From contig CATOSD010000002.1 of NCBI GenBank assembly GCA_951812395.1, positions 546,442-610,441 on the forward strand: 64,000 nt of DNA. Reading direction: 5' to 3'. This document shows positions 28,239-39,093 of the stretch, in pieces; the first letter of the stretch is position 1, and each line of letters starts with the position of its first letter. Origin of the DNA: an uncultured Dehalococcoidia bacterium (lineage in GTDB: Bacteria > Chloroflexota > Dehalococcoidia > Lucifugimonadales > CATOSD01). The notes beneath the pieces were generated by a model. The model was given only the letters and a program-made list of their open reading frames with translations, did not search any database and was not told the origin of the DNA. The position numbers were made by a program, and so were the translations under genes.

Positions 28239-29114
28239 CTAGTCGTTCGCAGGGGCGCTCTCGGCCAGCTCGAGGAGCTGGCGGGCGCGCCGGACGACCG
28301 GCACGTCTATCACCTGGCCGTCGAGCGAGGTGGAACCCCTTCCGTTGCGCTCGGCCTCCTCGAATGCGGCGACGACGCGGCGGGCGTGTTCGACCTCTTC
28401 GGGCGATGGCGAGAAGGCCTCGTTAATGATGTCTATCTGCGCGGGGTGAATCGCGAACTTGCCCTTGAAGCCGTAGCGCCTCGCCTGGAGCGAGTTGGCG
28501 CGCAGGCCGTCCGGGTCGCGGAAGCCGAAGTACGGCGTATCCAGGGCGAGCACTCCGGCGGCTCTTGCGGCGATGCAGATGACCTTGCGCGGGTAGTCGA
28601 CCTCGGCGCCGTCCTGCGTGCGCTCGATTGCCATGTCGTTGGTGAAGTCCTCCGCGCCGAACGCGACGCCCACCACCCTCGGCGAGGCGGCACAGATCTC
28701 GTAGGCGTTGACGATTGCCATCGCGGACTCGATCCAGGGGATGATCATAACCGATCCGGCGTCCACGCCCGCGCTGCGCTCCAATTCCTCGATTATGCCG
28801 GAGACCTGTGCGATGTCCGCCGCCGAGTCGATCTTGCCAACGGAAATGCCGTCGATGTCGGGGCCAACCACCGCGGCGAGGTCGTCGGCGAGCAGGCCGG
28901 TATCGAGCGAGTTTACCCTCGGCACGACCAGCGCGCCGGACTCTCGCAGACGCGGGAGAAACGACGCCGTGACGTCACGGGCGTTCTTCTTCTCGTCGGC
29001 GGGCACGGAGTCTTCCATATCGGGTATGAAGGCGTCCGGGCGAAGTCCGGAGGCCCTCTCCAGCATATTGGCGCGATTGCCTGGAACGAACAACAGGCTT
29101 CTGAGGACCGTCAT
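28239..29114 (-). CDS. HpcH/HpaI aldolase / citrate-lyase beta (CitE)-like acyl-CoA lyase
   Basis: MTVLRSLLFVPGNRANMLERA.. and ..FGAEDFTNDM are typical of the CitE family. ATG at 29114 preceded by AAGGAG, so the track's upstream extension is unlikely. Confidence 0.85.
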   Translation of the reverse strand: MTVLRSLLFVPGNRANMLERASGLRPDAFIPDMEDSVPADEKKNARDVTASFLPRLRESGALVVPRVNSLDTGLLADDLAAVVGPDIDGISVGKIDSAADIAQVSGIIEELERSAGVDAGSVMIIPWIESAMAIVNAYEICAASPRVVGVAFGAEDFTNDMAIERTQDGAEVDYPRKVICIAARAAGVLALDTPYFGFRDPDGLRANSLQARRYGFKGKFAIHPAQIDIINEAFSPSPEEVEHARRVVAAFEEAERNGRGSTSLDGQVIDVPVVRRARQLLELAESAPAND

Positions 29115-29633
29115 GTGGCCACTCCTTGCGGGATTGATTCGTGAAGATGCGCTCGCGGCCAGGTGACCGCCCTGGCTGATTCGGGCAAGTATATCATGGC
29201 GGCAAGCGAGCGGTTCTGGGACACGCGGTCCGCGTGTACGCGAGTCCCGTTTCCAGTTCGGCCGCATATGGGTCACGCCGGAGGCTACGGCCGGGTCTCG
29301 GCCATTCGTGGCCCGTGTTTCAGGTTACTCGGCGGCGCCCAACCGTTGTCCCCGCGAAAGCGGGAAAGCGAATTCTGTTAGATTCTGCGACATTCTGTGC
29401 GACTCCTAGCTGGGGGCGCCGACGGTTCTGCGCAATTCTGGAATGCCGGCGTGGGCAATTCGGCGCAGAAGTGTCTCGCCGCGTGACAGAGTAGGACAGG
29501 GGGTCGACGGGCCGACCGGCCGTGTATCCGTTGGCACAGGGCGCCCGCAAGGGACGCCCCTACGGATGCCTGGGGCATTGTCCCGAATGGGGGTAGGGAT
29601 TCCGGGCCGCGGGGTCTGTCCCTCGCCTGGGCG

Positions 29634-29662
29634 AGGGTAGCACGTATGTACGCATATTGCAA
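29634..29662 (-). promoter_or_regulatory. conserved promoter-like box, copy B (TTGCAA-17 nt-TACCCT)
   Basis: Minus-strand TTGCAA (29657-29662), 17-nt spacer with GCACGTATGTAC, then TACCCT (29634-29639). About 520 nt upstream of the citE-like ATG. Confidence 0.4.
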
Positions 29663-30155
29663 GAGGGGGTGGCGAGACTGCGGGATTGGGCGGGAACGGT
29701 GGGGAGAAACTGCGCAGACGTGGGCCAGTGGTTGGGCGCCTGTAGGACGTTTGGGTGGCAGGGCCAGAGCACGGGCGGCGCATGAAAGTGACGGTTTTTC
29801 GGGGCGCCGGGGAGCGGAAGGGTCGGGCTTGGGTGAGGGGGCGCGGCCGGGGCGTGCGTTGGGGAGTCGGCAGGGGGACACTGGCTCAACAACGTCAAGG
29901 CGATGGCCGTAGGGTCAGAGTTGGGCGCCGGGGCAGGTTTTCGCGAGGGAGATGGTTCTGGGCGCACCTGGTAATCTGAAAGAGGCTCCATTCGTGGCCT
30001 GCGTTGGCCTTTTACATACTTTTGGCGTATACTCTGCTTGGGCAAGCGCCATCTGGAGGGTTCGTCTCTTCCGATGCTTAGGGCACGCTCGCCCTGAACG
30101 TGTGTGGCGCAGTGCGCGGGGTTCGCGCTCCCTGTTACCCCGCAAGGAGAGGCCC

Positions 30156-30974
30156 ATGGCGAGTCAAGAATTCACCTTCACCAAGTTCTCCAGCAACGAA
30201 TTTTACTCCGCGCTGAACGCGCGCCTGGTCGACATGGCGGACGTCGGTTCCGAGCAGCGTATCGTCGACCTGGCCTGCGGCACGGGCGGCGTCACGCAGC
30301 TTATCCTGGAGAGGCTGATGGGCGCGCGGGACTCGATGGTCATAGGTATCGACCAGTCCGCGGCGGCGCTGAAGCAGGCGATGGACGACTTGGTGGGCGC
30401 CTACGACGCGGCCGTCGACTTCGTACACAGCGGCGTGGAGAGGTTTTCCGATGCGGTGAAGGAGTCCGTGGACACGGTGTTTTTCTGTAACGCCATACAC
30501 TACATGCCCGACAAGGACATGATCGTTCAGGAGATATCGAGGTCGCTGAAGCCGGGCGGCAAGTTCGCCTTCAACACGTCGTTCTTCGACGGCGGCCAAC
30601 TACCGGAGTCCCTTGGCTTCTACCGCAAGTGGATGTTCAAGTCCGCCAGGGTGCTTCGCCGCGACTATGGCCTGTCTCCGGTCAGATCCGCGAAGGTCGA
30701 GTCGCGCAGGCAGCTCACCGCCGACCAGTACCGCGAATTGGTGGAGGGTCACGGTTTCATGGTGGTGAGGCAGGAAATCGACACTGTGAACGTTCCCATC
30801 GAGGGCTGGCTCGACATTAGCGACTTCGAGGACTTCATTGTCGGCACCATGCCAGGCGTCCCCCTGGAAAAGGCTAGCGCCGCGCTGAAGCGCGGAGTAC
30901 ACCTGACGTTCGAAGAGATGAACCTGGAGTACGTGCCCCGAAACTGGCTTGGTATAGTGGCCGTTCGAGTCTGA
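30156..30974 (+). CDS. class I SAM-dependent methyltransferase
   Basis: Motif I VDLACGTGGVT. ATG at 30156 after AAGGAGAGG. The N-terminal 68 aa of the track ORF are repeat-derived noncoding sequence. Confidence 0.85.
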   Translation: MASQEFTFTKFSSNEFYSALNARLVDMADVGSEQRIVDLACGTGGVTQLILERLMGARDSMVIGIDQSAAALKQAMDDLVGAYDAAVDFVHSGVERFSDAVKESVDTVFFCNAIHYMPDKDMIVQEISRSLKPGGKFAFNTSFFDGGQLPESLGFYRKWMFKSARVLRRDYGLSPVRSAKVESRRQLTADQYRELVEGHGFMVVRQEIDTVNVPIEGWLDISDFEDFIVGTMPGVPLEKASAALKRGVHLTFEEMNLEYVPRNWLGIVAVRV

Positions 30975-30994
30975 TCGAACGCCCCTGTGGCAAG

Positions 30995-31963
30995 ATGACG
31001 AGCCGTGCCATCACGACGCTTTTTCTAACCGACGCGGACGTTGACAGTCTCCTCAGCGTTGAGGAGGCCATCTCCGTAGTCGAGCAGGTGTTGCGGCAGC
31101 AGGCCACTGGCGATGCGGCCAACAGGCCCCGCGGACACGACTACGCCAGCCCCGACGCATACCAGGCATGGATGCAGGCGGCCGCCTACGGTCTGGGTGT
31201 GTGCGGCTTCAAGACCTACACCATCGTTGGCGGGTCGGGACGATTTTTCGTCTACGTGTATGACGTAGACGGCGGTCCCCCTCTCAGCATCATGGAGGCC
31301 AACCGCCTAGGTCAACTTCGCACCGGAGCGGCCAGTGGTGTGGCGGCGCGGCACATGGCCAACGAAGATGCCTCGGTCATCGCCCTGCTCGGCAGCGGAC
31401 TGCAGGCAGCCAGCCAGTTGGAGGCGTTCTGCGCCGTCCGCCCCATCGAGCTAGTCCGCGTGCACAGTCCCACGCCCCGGAACAGGGCCGCTCTCGCAGA
31501 GCGCATGACGGCGAAGCTCGGCATTGCCGTGGAGGCCGTCGACTCGCCGGAGCCGGCGGTGCGCGAGGCTGACGTGGTGGCCACCATCACCACCTCTACT
31601 ACCCCTGTGTTCCGAGGCGAGTGGCTGCGAGAGGGCACGCACGTGTCCGCCGCGGGCGGCGCGCATCCCTACGCCACCGAATTGGACGAGGCCACAATCG
31701 CGCGCGCCGACGCAGTTGTCGTGGACGACCCGGACCAAGCCCGCATAGAGTGCGGTGAGTTCATGATGGCTTCGGCGAGCGGCGCGCTGCTGTGGGAGCG
31801 CGTCAGGGAACTCTGCCACGTGGTATCCGGGCGTGTGCCGGGGCGGACGAGCGATCGGGACGTCACGTTGTTCAAGTCGCTGGGCATGGCGCTCTGGGAC
31901 GTCGCGGCAGCCAAGGCGGTGTACGACAGGGCCATCGAGCGCGGCGTGGGTACGCGGCTGTGA
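30995..31963 (+). CDS. ornithine cyclodeaminase / mu-crystallin family protein
   Basis: 322 aa with the Rossmann region IALLGSGLQAASQLEA and an overall OCD_Mu_crystallin pattern. Confidence 0.85.
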   Translation: MTSRAITTLFLTDADVDSLLSVEEAISVVEQVLRQQATGDAANRPRGHDYASPDAYQAWMQAAAYGLGVCGFKTYTIVGGSGRFFVYVYDVDGGPPLSIMEANRLGQLRTGAASGVAARHMANEDASVIALLGSGLQAASQLEAFCAVRPIELVRVHSPTPRNRAALAERMTAKLGIAVEAVDSPEPAVREADVVATITTSTTPVFRGEWLREGTHVSAAGGAHPYATELDEATIARADAVVVDDPDQARIECGEFMMASASGALLWERVRELCHVVSGRVPGRTSDRDVTLFKSLGMALWDVAAAKAVYDRAIERGVGTRL

Positions 31964-31975
31964 TCGGAAGCTGCC

Positions 31976-33184
31976 ATGGATCTTGAGACCCGCCCCGTTG
32001 GACGGGACGAGCTCTATGCCTACATCCTCTCGACGCGGAGGGTGTTCGGCGACCCGACGGACGAAGCCAGCGTTCGGCTGGAGGCGTCCATCGTGGAGAG
32101 GGCGAATTCGCGGACCCTTGCTGCCTTCGATCGCGGCGACATCGTGGGAACGTTGACATGTCACTACTTCGACATGAACGTGCCGGGCGGCCGGCTGGCG
32201 CTGGCCGGCGTATCGGACGTCACAACGAAAGCCACGCACCGCAGGCGTGGGGTTATGTCGCAACTGATGGAGCGGGCGCTGACCGAGGCGAAAGAGGAGG
32301 GCCAGCCGCTCGCGGCGCTGTGGGCGTCTGAGAGCGGAATCTATGGGCGATTCGGTTTCGGAATGGCAATGCTCCAGGAGAACTGGACCATAGATCGCAA
32401 GGACACAGCCTTCGCGCTGGAGGACGACTCCCGGGGCGAGATTCGCTTCGTGGAGCCATTCGAGGCAGCAGGGGCGTTCGCGGGAGTTTACGACAGGGCG
32501 TGTCGTTTACGCCCCGGCATGATCGACCGCAACGACCTGTTGTGGGAGGTGGCGCTGCTCGATACCGACGAGTTCAGGCAAGGCGCGAGCGCGTTTTACC
32601 ACGCTGTATACGAAGAGGCCGGTCGCGTGGACGGCTACGCGCTGTACAGGCTTGACGGCAGGGGACAGCAGTTGCGCGTTGGGGAGTTGGTCCCGGCTAC
32701 GGACGCGGCCTACTCCGCTTTGTGGCGGTTCTGTTTCGGCATAGACCTGATGAACACGTTTCGGGCGGACAATCAGCCGATGGACGCGCCCTTGCCATGG
32801 ATGCTGCGGGCGCCGCGCCAATTGCGGCGTGCGACCGGCGAGGAGTTCTGGCTGAGGATAGTGGACGTCGAGGCGGCGCTGGCGGGCAGAGGCTACGCTA
32901 CGGAGGACCGGCTGACACTCGAGATTCGCGATCCGCTTTGCCCGTGGAATGATGGGGTAATCGAGCTGGAGGGCGGGCCGGATAGGGCGGTGTGCCGACG
33001 GTCCGGTAGAGACGCGGACTTGACGATGACTATTGCCGACCTGGCCGGTGCGTACCTCGGCGCGGTCGATTTTTCCACGCTCGCCCGCGCGGGCCGCGTG
33101 GCCGAGCGCACGGAGGGCGCTCTTCGCCGGGCCGACGCGATGTTTGTTACCGATATGAAGCCGTGGTGCATCGTTCAATTCTAG
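31976..33184 (+). CDS. GNAT N-acetyltransferase, Eis-like (GNAT + SCP2-like C-terminal domain)
   Basis: 402 aa. The acetyl-CoA motif HRRRGVMSQLM and three-domain length are typical of Eis-type enzymes. Confidence 0.75.
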   Translation: MDLETRPVGRDELYAYILSTRRVFGDPTDEASVRLEASIVERANSRTLAAFDRGDIVGTLTCHYFDMNVPGGRLALAGVSDVTTKATHRRRGVMSQLMERALTEAKEEGQPLAALWASESGIYGRFGFGMAMLQENWTIDRKDTAFALEDDSRGEIRFVEPFEAAGAFAGVYDRACRLRPGMIDRNDLLWEVALLDTDEFRQGASAFYHAVYEEAGRVDGYALYRLDGRGQQLRVGELVPATDAAYSALWRFCFGIDLMNTFRADNQPMDAPLPWMLRAPRQLRRATGEEFWLRIVDVEAALAGRGYATEDRLTLEIRDPLCPWNDGVIELEGGPDRAVCRRSGRDADLTMTIADLAGAYLGAVDFSTLARAGRVAERTEGALRRADAMFVTDMKPWCIVQF

Positions 33185-33193
33185 TCCGCTCGG

Positions 33194-36016
<2,823 letters not shown>

Positions 36017-36042
36017 TCGCCCGTCCTGTCTGTGAGGCCGCC

Positions 36043-36822
36043 ATGCCCGAAAAGACAACCCCGCCCAGGCTCGAAGTCATAGGCGTAACCGGCATCCCGG
36101 AGGTGAAGCCCGGCGATGCGCTCGGTGCGCTCATCGCCGCGGCCGCCGAACGCCAGGGCACGCCGCTTGCGGACGGCGACGCGCTGGTGGTGACACAAAA
36201 GATAGTCTCGAAGTCTGAGGGCAGGGTGGTGGACCTGCGCACGGTGACGCCATCGCCGTTCGCGACTAGCTGGGCCGAGAGGGTCGACCGGGACCCGAGG
36301 CTGGTCGAGTTGGTGCTGAGGGAGAGCCGCGCCGTCGTCAGGATGGACGAGGCGAGGGGCATCCTGATAACGGAGACTCACCACGGATTCGTGTGCGCGA
36401 ACTCCGGCATCGACACGTCGAACGTGCCCGGCGACGAGATGGTGGCGCTGCTCCCGGTGGACTCGGACAAGTCGGCGCGCGGCATCCGGGAGGACATTCG
36501 CGGCCGCGCGGCGGGGGCTGAGGTCGCGGTGGTGGTCTCGGATACGTTCGGGCGAGCGTGGCGCGAGGGGCACGTAAACTTCGCCATCGGCTGCGCGGGC
36601 ATAAATCCTATCAAGGACTACAAGGGCACGCCGGACGCGCACGGCATGATACTGAAGGTGACCGCGATTGCCGTGGCCGACGAGCTGGCGGCGGCGTCGG
36701 AGCTGGTGACGGCGAAGGCGATAGGGGTGCCGGTGGCGATCATCCGGGGCTACGACTACGACACGGCGCCGGACGGGGTGGGAACGCTCATTCGCGAGAG
36801 TTCGCGGGACCTGTTTCGGTAG
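36043..36822 (+). CDS. cofE: coenzyme F420-0:L-glutamate ligase
   Basis: 259 aa. GVTGIPEVKPGDALGALIA..VVTQKIVSKSEGRVV..NSGIDTSN is typical of CofE/FbiB-N. Confidence 0.85.
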   Translation: MPEKTTPPRLEVIGVTGIPEVKPGDALGALIAAAAERQGTPLADGDALVVTQKIVSKSEGRVVDLRTVTPSPFATSWAERVDRDPRLVELVLRESRAVVRMDEARGILITETHHGFVCANSGIDTSNVPGDEMVALLPVDSDKSARGIREDIRGRAAGAEVAVVVSDTFGRAWREGHVNFAIGCAGINPIKDYKGTPDAHGMILKVTAIAVADELAAASELVTAKAIGVPVAIIRGYDYDTAPDGVGTLIRESSRDLFR

Positions 36823-36832
36823 AGGGCGCGTT

Positions 36833-36872
36833 CACCCCCATCCTAACCTTCCCCCTGCGAGGGGGAAGGGAC
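36833..36872 (+). repeat. REP-like element, consensus copy
   Basis: cacccccatcctaaccttccccctgcgagggggaagggac, with a 9-bp stem CCTTCCCCC/GGGGGAAGG and loop TGCGA. It fills the gap between the convergent cofE and tenA ends. Confidence 0.8.
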
Positions 36873-36874
36873 TT

Positions 36875-37543
36875 CTAGACGGGCCAGTCTTCCATGCGGT
36901 AGGCGGCGTCCCAGAACATGTACTCGTACTGGCTGCCGCGCATGAATGCGGACTCCATCAGTTCGATCTCCTTCTGGCCGCTGACCTCTGCCTCGCGGTC
37001 GATGAAGGAGCGGAGCCAGTCGGCCAGCTCGGCGAACTCGGGGGCGTTGTACATCTCGATCCATCGCGCGAGTAGCGGCTGGCCCTCGGGGAGGCCACGG
37101 TCGTACAGCATCTTGCCTATCTCGCTGTAGCCCCAGGAGCAGGGCAGGATGGCGGAGGCGATGACGCCGGCGTTCTGGGAGAAGGCGGTCTGTAGCAGGA
37201 AGCGGGTGTACGCCAACGTGGTGGGCGACGCCGTGGTGCCGCGCAGCTCCTCCTCGGAGATGCCGAAGTCGCCGCAGAAGCTGACGTGCAGGGCCATCTC
37301 GGTGTTGAGGGTCTCGTGAATCAGGCGGGCGAACCAGCCCATGTCGTCGAGGGTGCGGGCTTTGGCGGCGGCGAGGGCGACGGCGCGGCTGAAGTCGACC
37401 AGGAACAGGTAGTCCTGCCGCATGTAGTACTTGAACTGGTCGAGCGAGAGCGAGCCGTCCCCGATGCCGGTCACGAACGGGTGGCTGTGCTCCTTGTCCC
37501 AGATGGGCGCGGCCTTGCGCCTCAGTTCGTCCGAGAGTCCCAT
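36875..37543 (-). CDS. tenA: thiaminase II / aminopyrimidine aminohydrolase (TenA family)
   Basis: HPFVTGIGDGSLSLDQFKYYMRQDYLFL and the length (222 aa) are typical of TenA. Confidence 0.9.
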   Translation of the reverse strand: MGLSDELRRKAAPIWDKEHSHPFVTGIGDGSLSLDQFKYYMRQDYLFLVDFSRAVALAAAKARTLDDMGWFARLIHETLNTEMALHVSFCGDFGISEEELRGTTASPTTLAYTRFLLQTAFSQNAGVIASAILPCSWGYSEIGKMLYDRGLPEGQPLLARWIEMYNAPEFAELADWLRSFIDREAEVSGQKEIELMESAFMRGSQYEYMFWDAAYRMEDWPV

Positions 37544-37813
37544 GTGTGGCCTCCGTGAGAGGGTGGTAGTGTGGCTGCGCCCTCAGCGTAGCACGAACCG
37601 GCGGGCGAGGGGCCGTTTCACGGATTTTTCGTTGCAAAACGTTGCATTTCGTTGTATTCGTGGCTGGCGGCGTTGGGGCCGCGAGTGGCGGGACCCTGGA
37701 TTGGCCGGTTTTCTCGTTTTGCTTGCACCATTCGTAACTTCTTCCGCCTGGTGCTGACCTTCCGCTGTTCATGGGATGGTAGCCGGGTTGCGGGGCGGCG
37801 GGTGTCGTAGGAG

Positions 37814-37842
37814 AGAATAGCACGGATGTACGTGGAGAGCAA
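37814..37842 (-). promoter_or_regulatory. conserved promoter-like box, copy C (TTGCTC-17 nt-TATTCT)
   Basis: Minus-strand TTGCTC (37837-37842), 17-nt spacer with GCACGGATGTAC, then TATTCT (37814-37819). About 270 nt upstream of tenA. Confidence 0.4.
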
Positions 37843-37863
37843 GAGGGGTTGCGTGGAGGAGCC

Positions 37864-37998
37864 TGTGTCAGATTACTAGGCGGACTCTACACGGAGGCCC
37901 CGGCTCCCTGGGTTCCCACCCCAGTTTTCACGGGGGTGACGTTCATTCGCGGCAAAGACGAATGACGGCTCGAGAAGGGCACCTAGTAATCTGAGACA
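37864..37998. repeat. MITE-like 135-bp element with 17-bp terminal inverted repeats
   Basis: TGTGTCAGATTACTAGG (37864-37880) against CCTAGTAATCTGAGACA (37982-37998), matching at 16 of 17 positions. Internal hairpin tcattcg..cgaatga. A solo copy of the end motif (cacctggtaatctga) lies near 29966-29980. Confidence 0.55.
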
Positions 37999-38069
37999 GC
38001 TTCTGCGTGGAGAAATTGGCGACGGTAGGGTAGAATGAACTACTGCGATTCTACCACAAGGAGAAATCC

Positions 38070-38327
38070 GTGAGTCTGAACATCAAGAGCGAAGAGGCCC
38101 ATCAGTTGGCCAGGGAGTTGGCGCAGCTCACCGGCGAAACTATGACGGGCGCGGTCACGGTTGCGCTCAGGGAGCGGCTCGCCAGGGAGAGGCGCGAACG
38201 CAGCGTCGAGGAGCGGATGCGCGAGATCCACGCGATAGCGCAGCGCTGCGCCAGTATGGTGGGCGACGGCCCCTCCGCCGTCGAGCACGGCGATTTCCTG
38301 TATGACGAGCGGGGGCTGCCCAGGTGA
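38070..38327 (+). CDS. vapB: type II antitoxin, VapB/FitA-like
   Basis: 85 aa with a GTG start after AAGGAGAAA. MSLNIKSEEAHQLARELAQLTGETMTGAVTVALRERL is typical of this antitoxin class. Overlaps the toxin start (GTGA). Confidence 0.8.
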   Translation: MSLNIKSEEAHQLARELAQLTGETMTGAVTVALRERLARERRERSVEERMREIHAIAQRCASMVGDGPSAVEHGDFLYDERGLPR

Positions 38328-38710
38328 TAGTAGATTCGTCGGCGGTCCTTGCGATCCTGTTAGGTGAACCAGACGCTGAGAGGTATGAGAGGGCGATAGC
38401 TGAAGCTTCTCGCTGCCAAATGTCGGCCGCCAATTACCTGGAAACAGCAATTGTCCTTGAAAGTCGGACAGGGCCTGCAGGCATTCACGAACTCGACCTT
38501 CTGGTGGAGAGAGTTCCAATCGAGTTGACGCCAGTTACATCTGAGCAGGCCCGGGGCGCTCTGAGCGCTTGGCGGCGTTTTGGCAAGGGCAACCATCCAG
38601 CGGCCCTGAACTTTGGCGATTGTTTCGCGTACTCGTTGGCGGAGGCCAGCCGGGAGCCGCTTCTGTTCAAGGGCCTGGACTTCGGGCTGACGGACATTGA
38701 GCCTGCGTGA
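38324..38710 (+). CDS. vapC: type II toxin VapC (PIN-domain ribonuclease)
   Basis: MIVDSSAVLAILLGEP.. (first acidic residue), a later E, ..NFGDCFAY.. (conserved D) and a length of 128 aa. Confidence 0.85.
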   Translation: MIVDSSAVLAILLGEPDAERYERAIAEASRCQMSAANYLETAIVLESRTGPAGIHELDLLVERVPIELTPVTSEQARGALSAWRRFGKGNHPAALNFGDCFAYSLAEASREPLLFKGLDFGLTDIEPA

Positions 38711-38721
38711 CGATTTGCCTC

Positions 38722-39069
38722 TTAGCGTAGGCGGACGTTGCAGCGGGGCTGCCAGTCGCTGACCACGCGGGCCTCGAGCTCGCGGGTTTGGGCGTCGTCG
38801 TCGGTGAAGGCGACGCTGAACTGCACGTCGTCGCCGAACATGGCTAGCTCTCGGCGCAGTTCGGGGTTGGTCTCGTTGTAGAGGTGGGAGAGCAGGCGCT
38901 GGCGGACGGAGGTGGTGGATATGCCGACGTAGAGGCATTCGGGGTAGTCGCCGGAGGGGAGCCAGAGGGCGTAGACGCCGCGCCGGTTCAGGGGTAGTGA
39001 GCGGACCTCGGCACTGTGAAAGGGGCGATGCTCCCTTTCGAGCTGGTACTTGAGCGCGAACGGGTTCAT
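38722..39069 (-). CDS. stand-alone GIY-YIG nuclease-domain protein
   Basis: 115 aa: GVYALW..(x11)..LYVGIS, RQRLLSH, later ELEARV and N. Begins 24 nt downstream of the DUF1156 gene on the same strand. Confidence 0.75.
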   Translation of the reverse strand: MNPFALKYQLEREHRPFHSAEVRSLPLNRRGVYALWLPSGDYPECLYVGISTTSVRQRLLSHLYNETNPELRRELAMFGDDVQFSVAFTDDDAQTRELEARVVSDWQPRCNVRLR

Positions 39070-39093
39070 TAGACTTCCACCGTAAGTGAACGG

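Noticed and set aside
29952-30155. N-terminal 68-aa extension of the methyltransferase ORF in the track. The same applies to the extensions of the ABC-F (53704-53919), CitE-like (29115-29276), phosphotransferase (4178-4318) and DUF499 (45300-45398) ORFs.
   Set aside because: Internal starts with good Shine-Dalgarno sequences coincide with the conserved family N-termini. The extensions run through repeat or promoter DNA or overlap divergent genes.
37544-37660. Possible TPP riboswitch in the leader of tenA, since thiamine-salvage genes often carry one.
   Set aside because: I read the minus strand for the conserved core (CUGAGA ... ACCUGAUCUGGAUAAUGCCAGCG). Only a loose gctgaggg...accc fragment is present and the pyrophosphate-sensing helix sequence is missing. 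A covariance-model scan would be needed to revive the idea.
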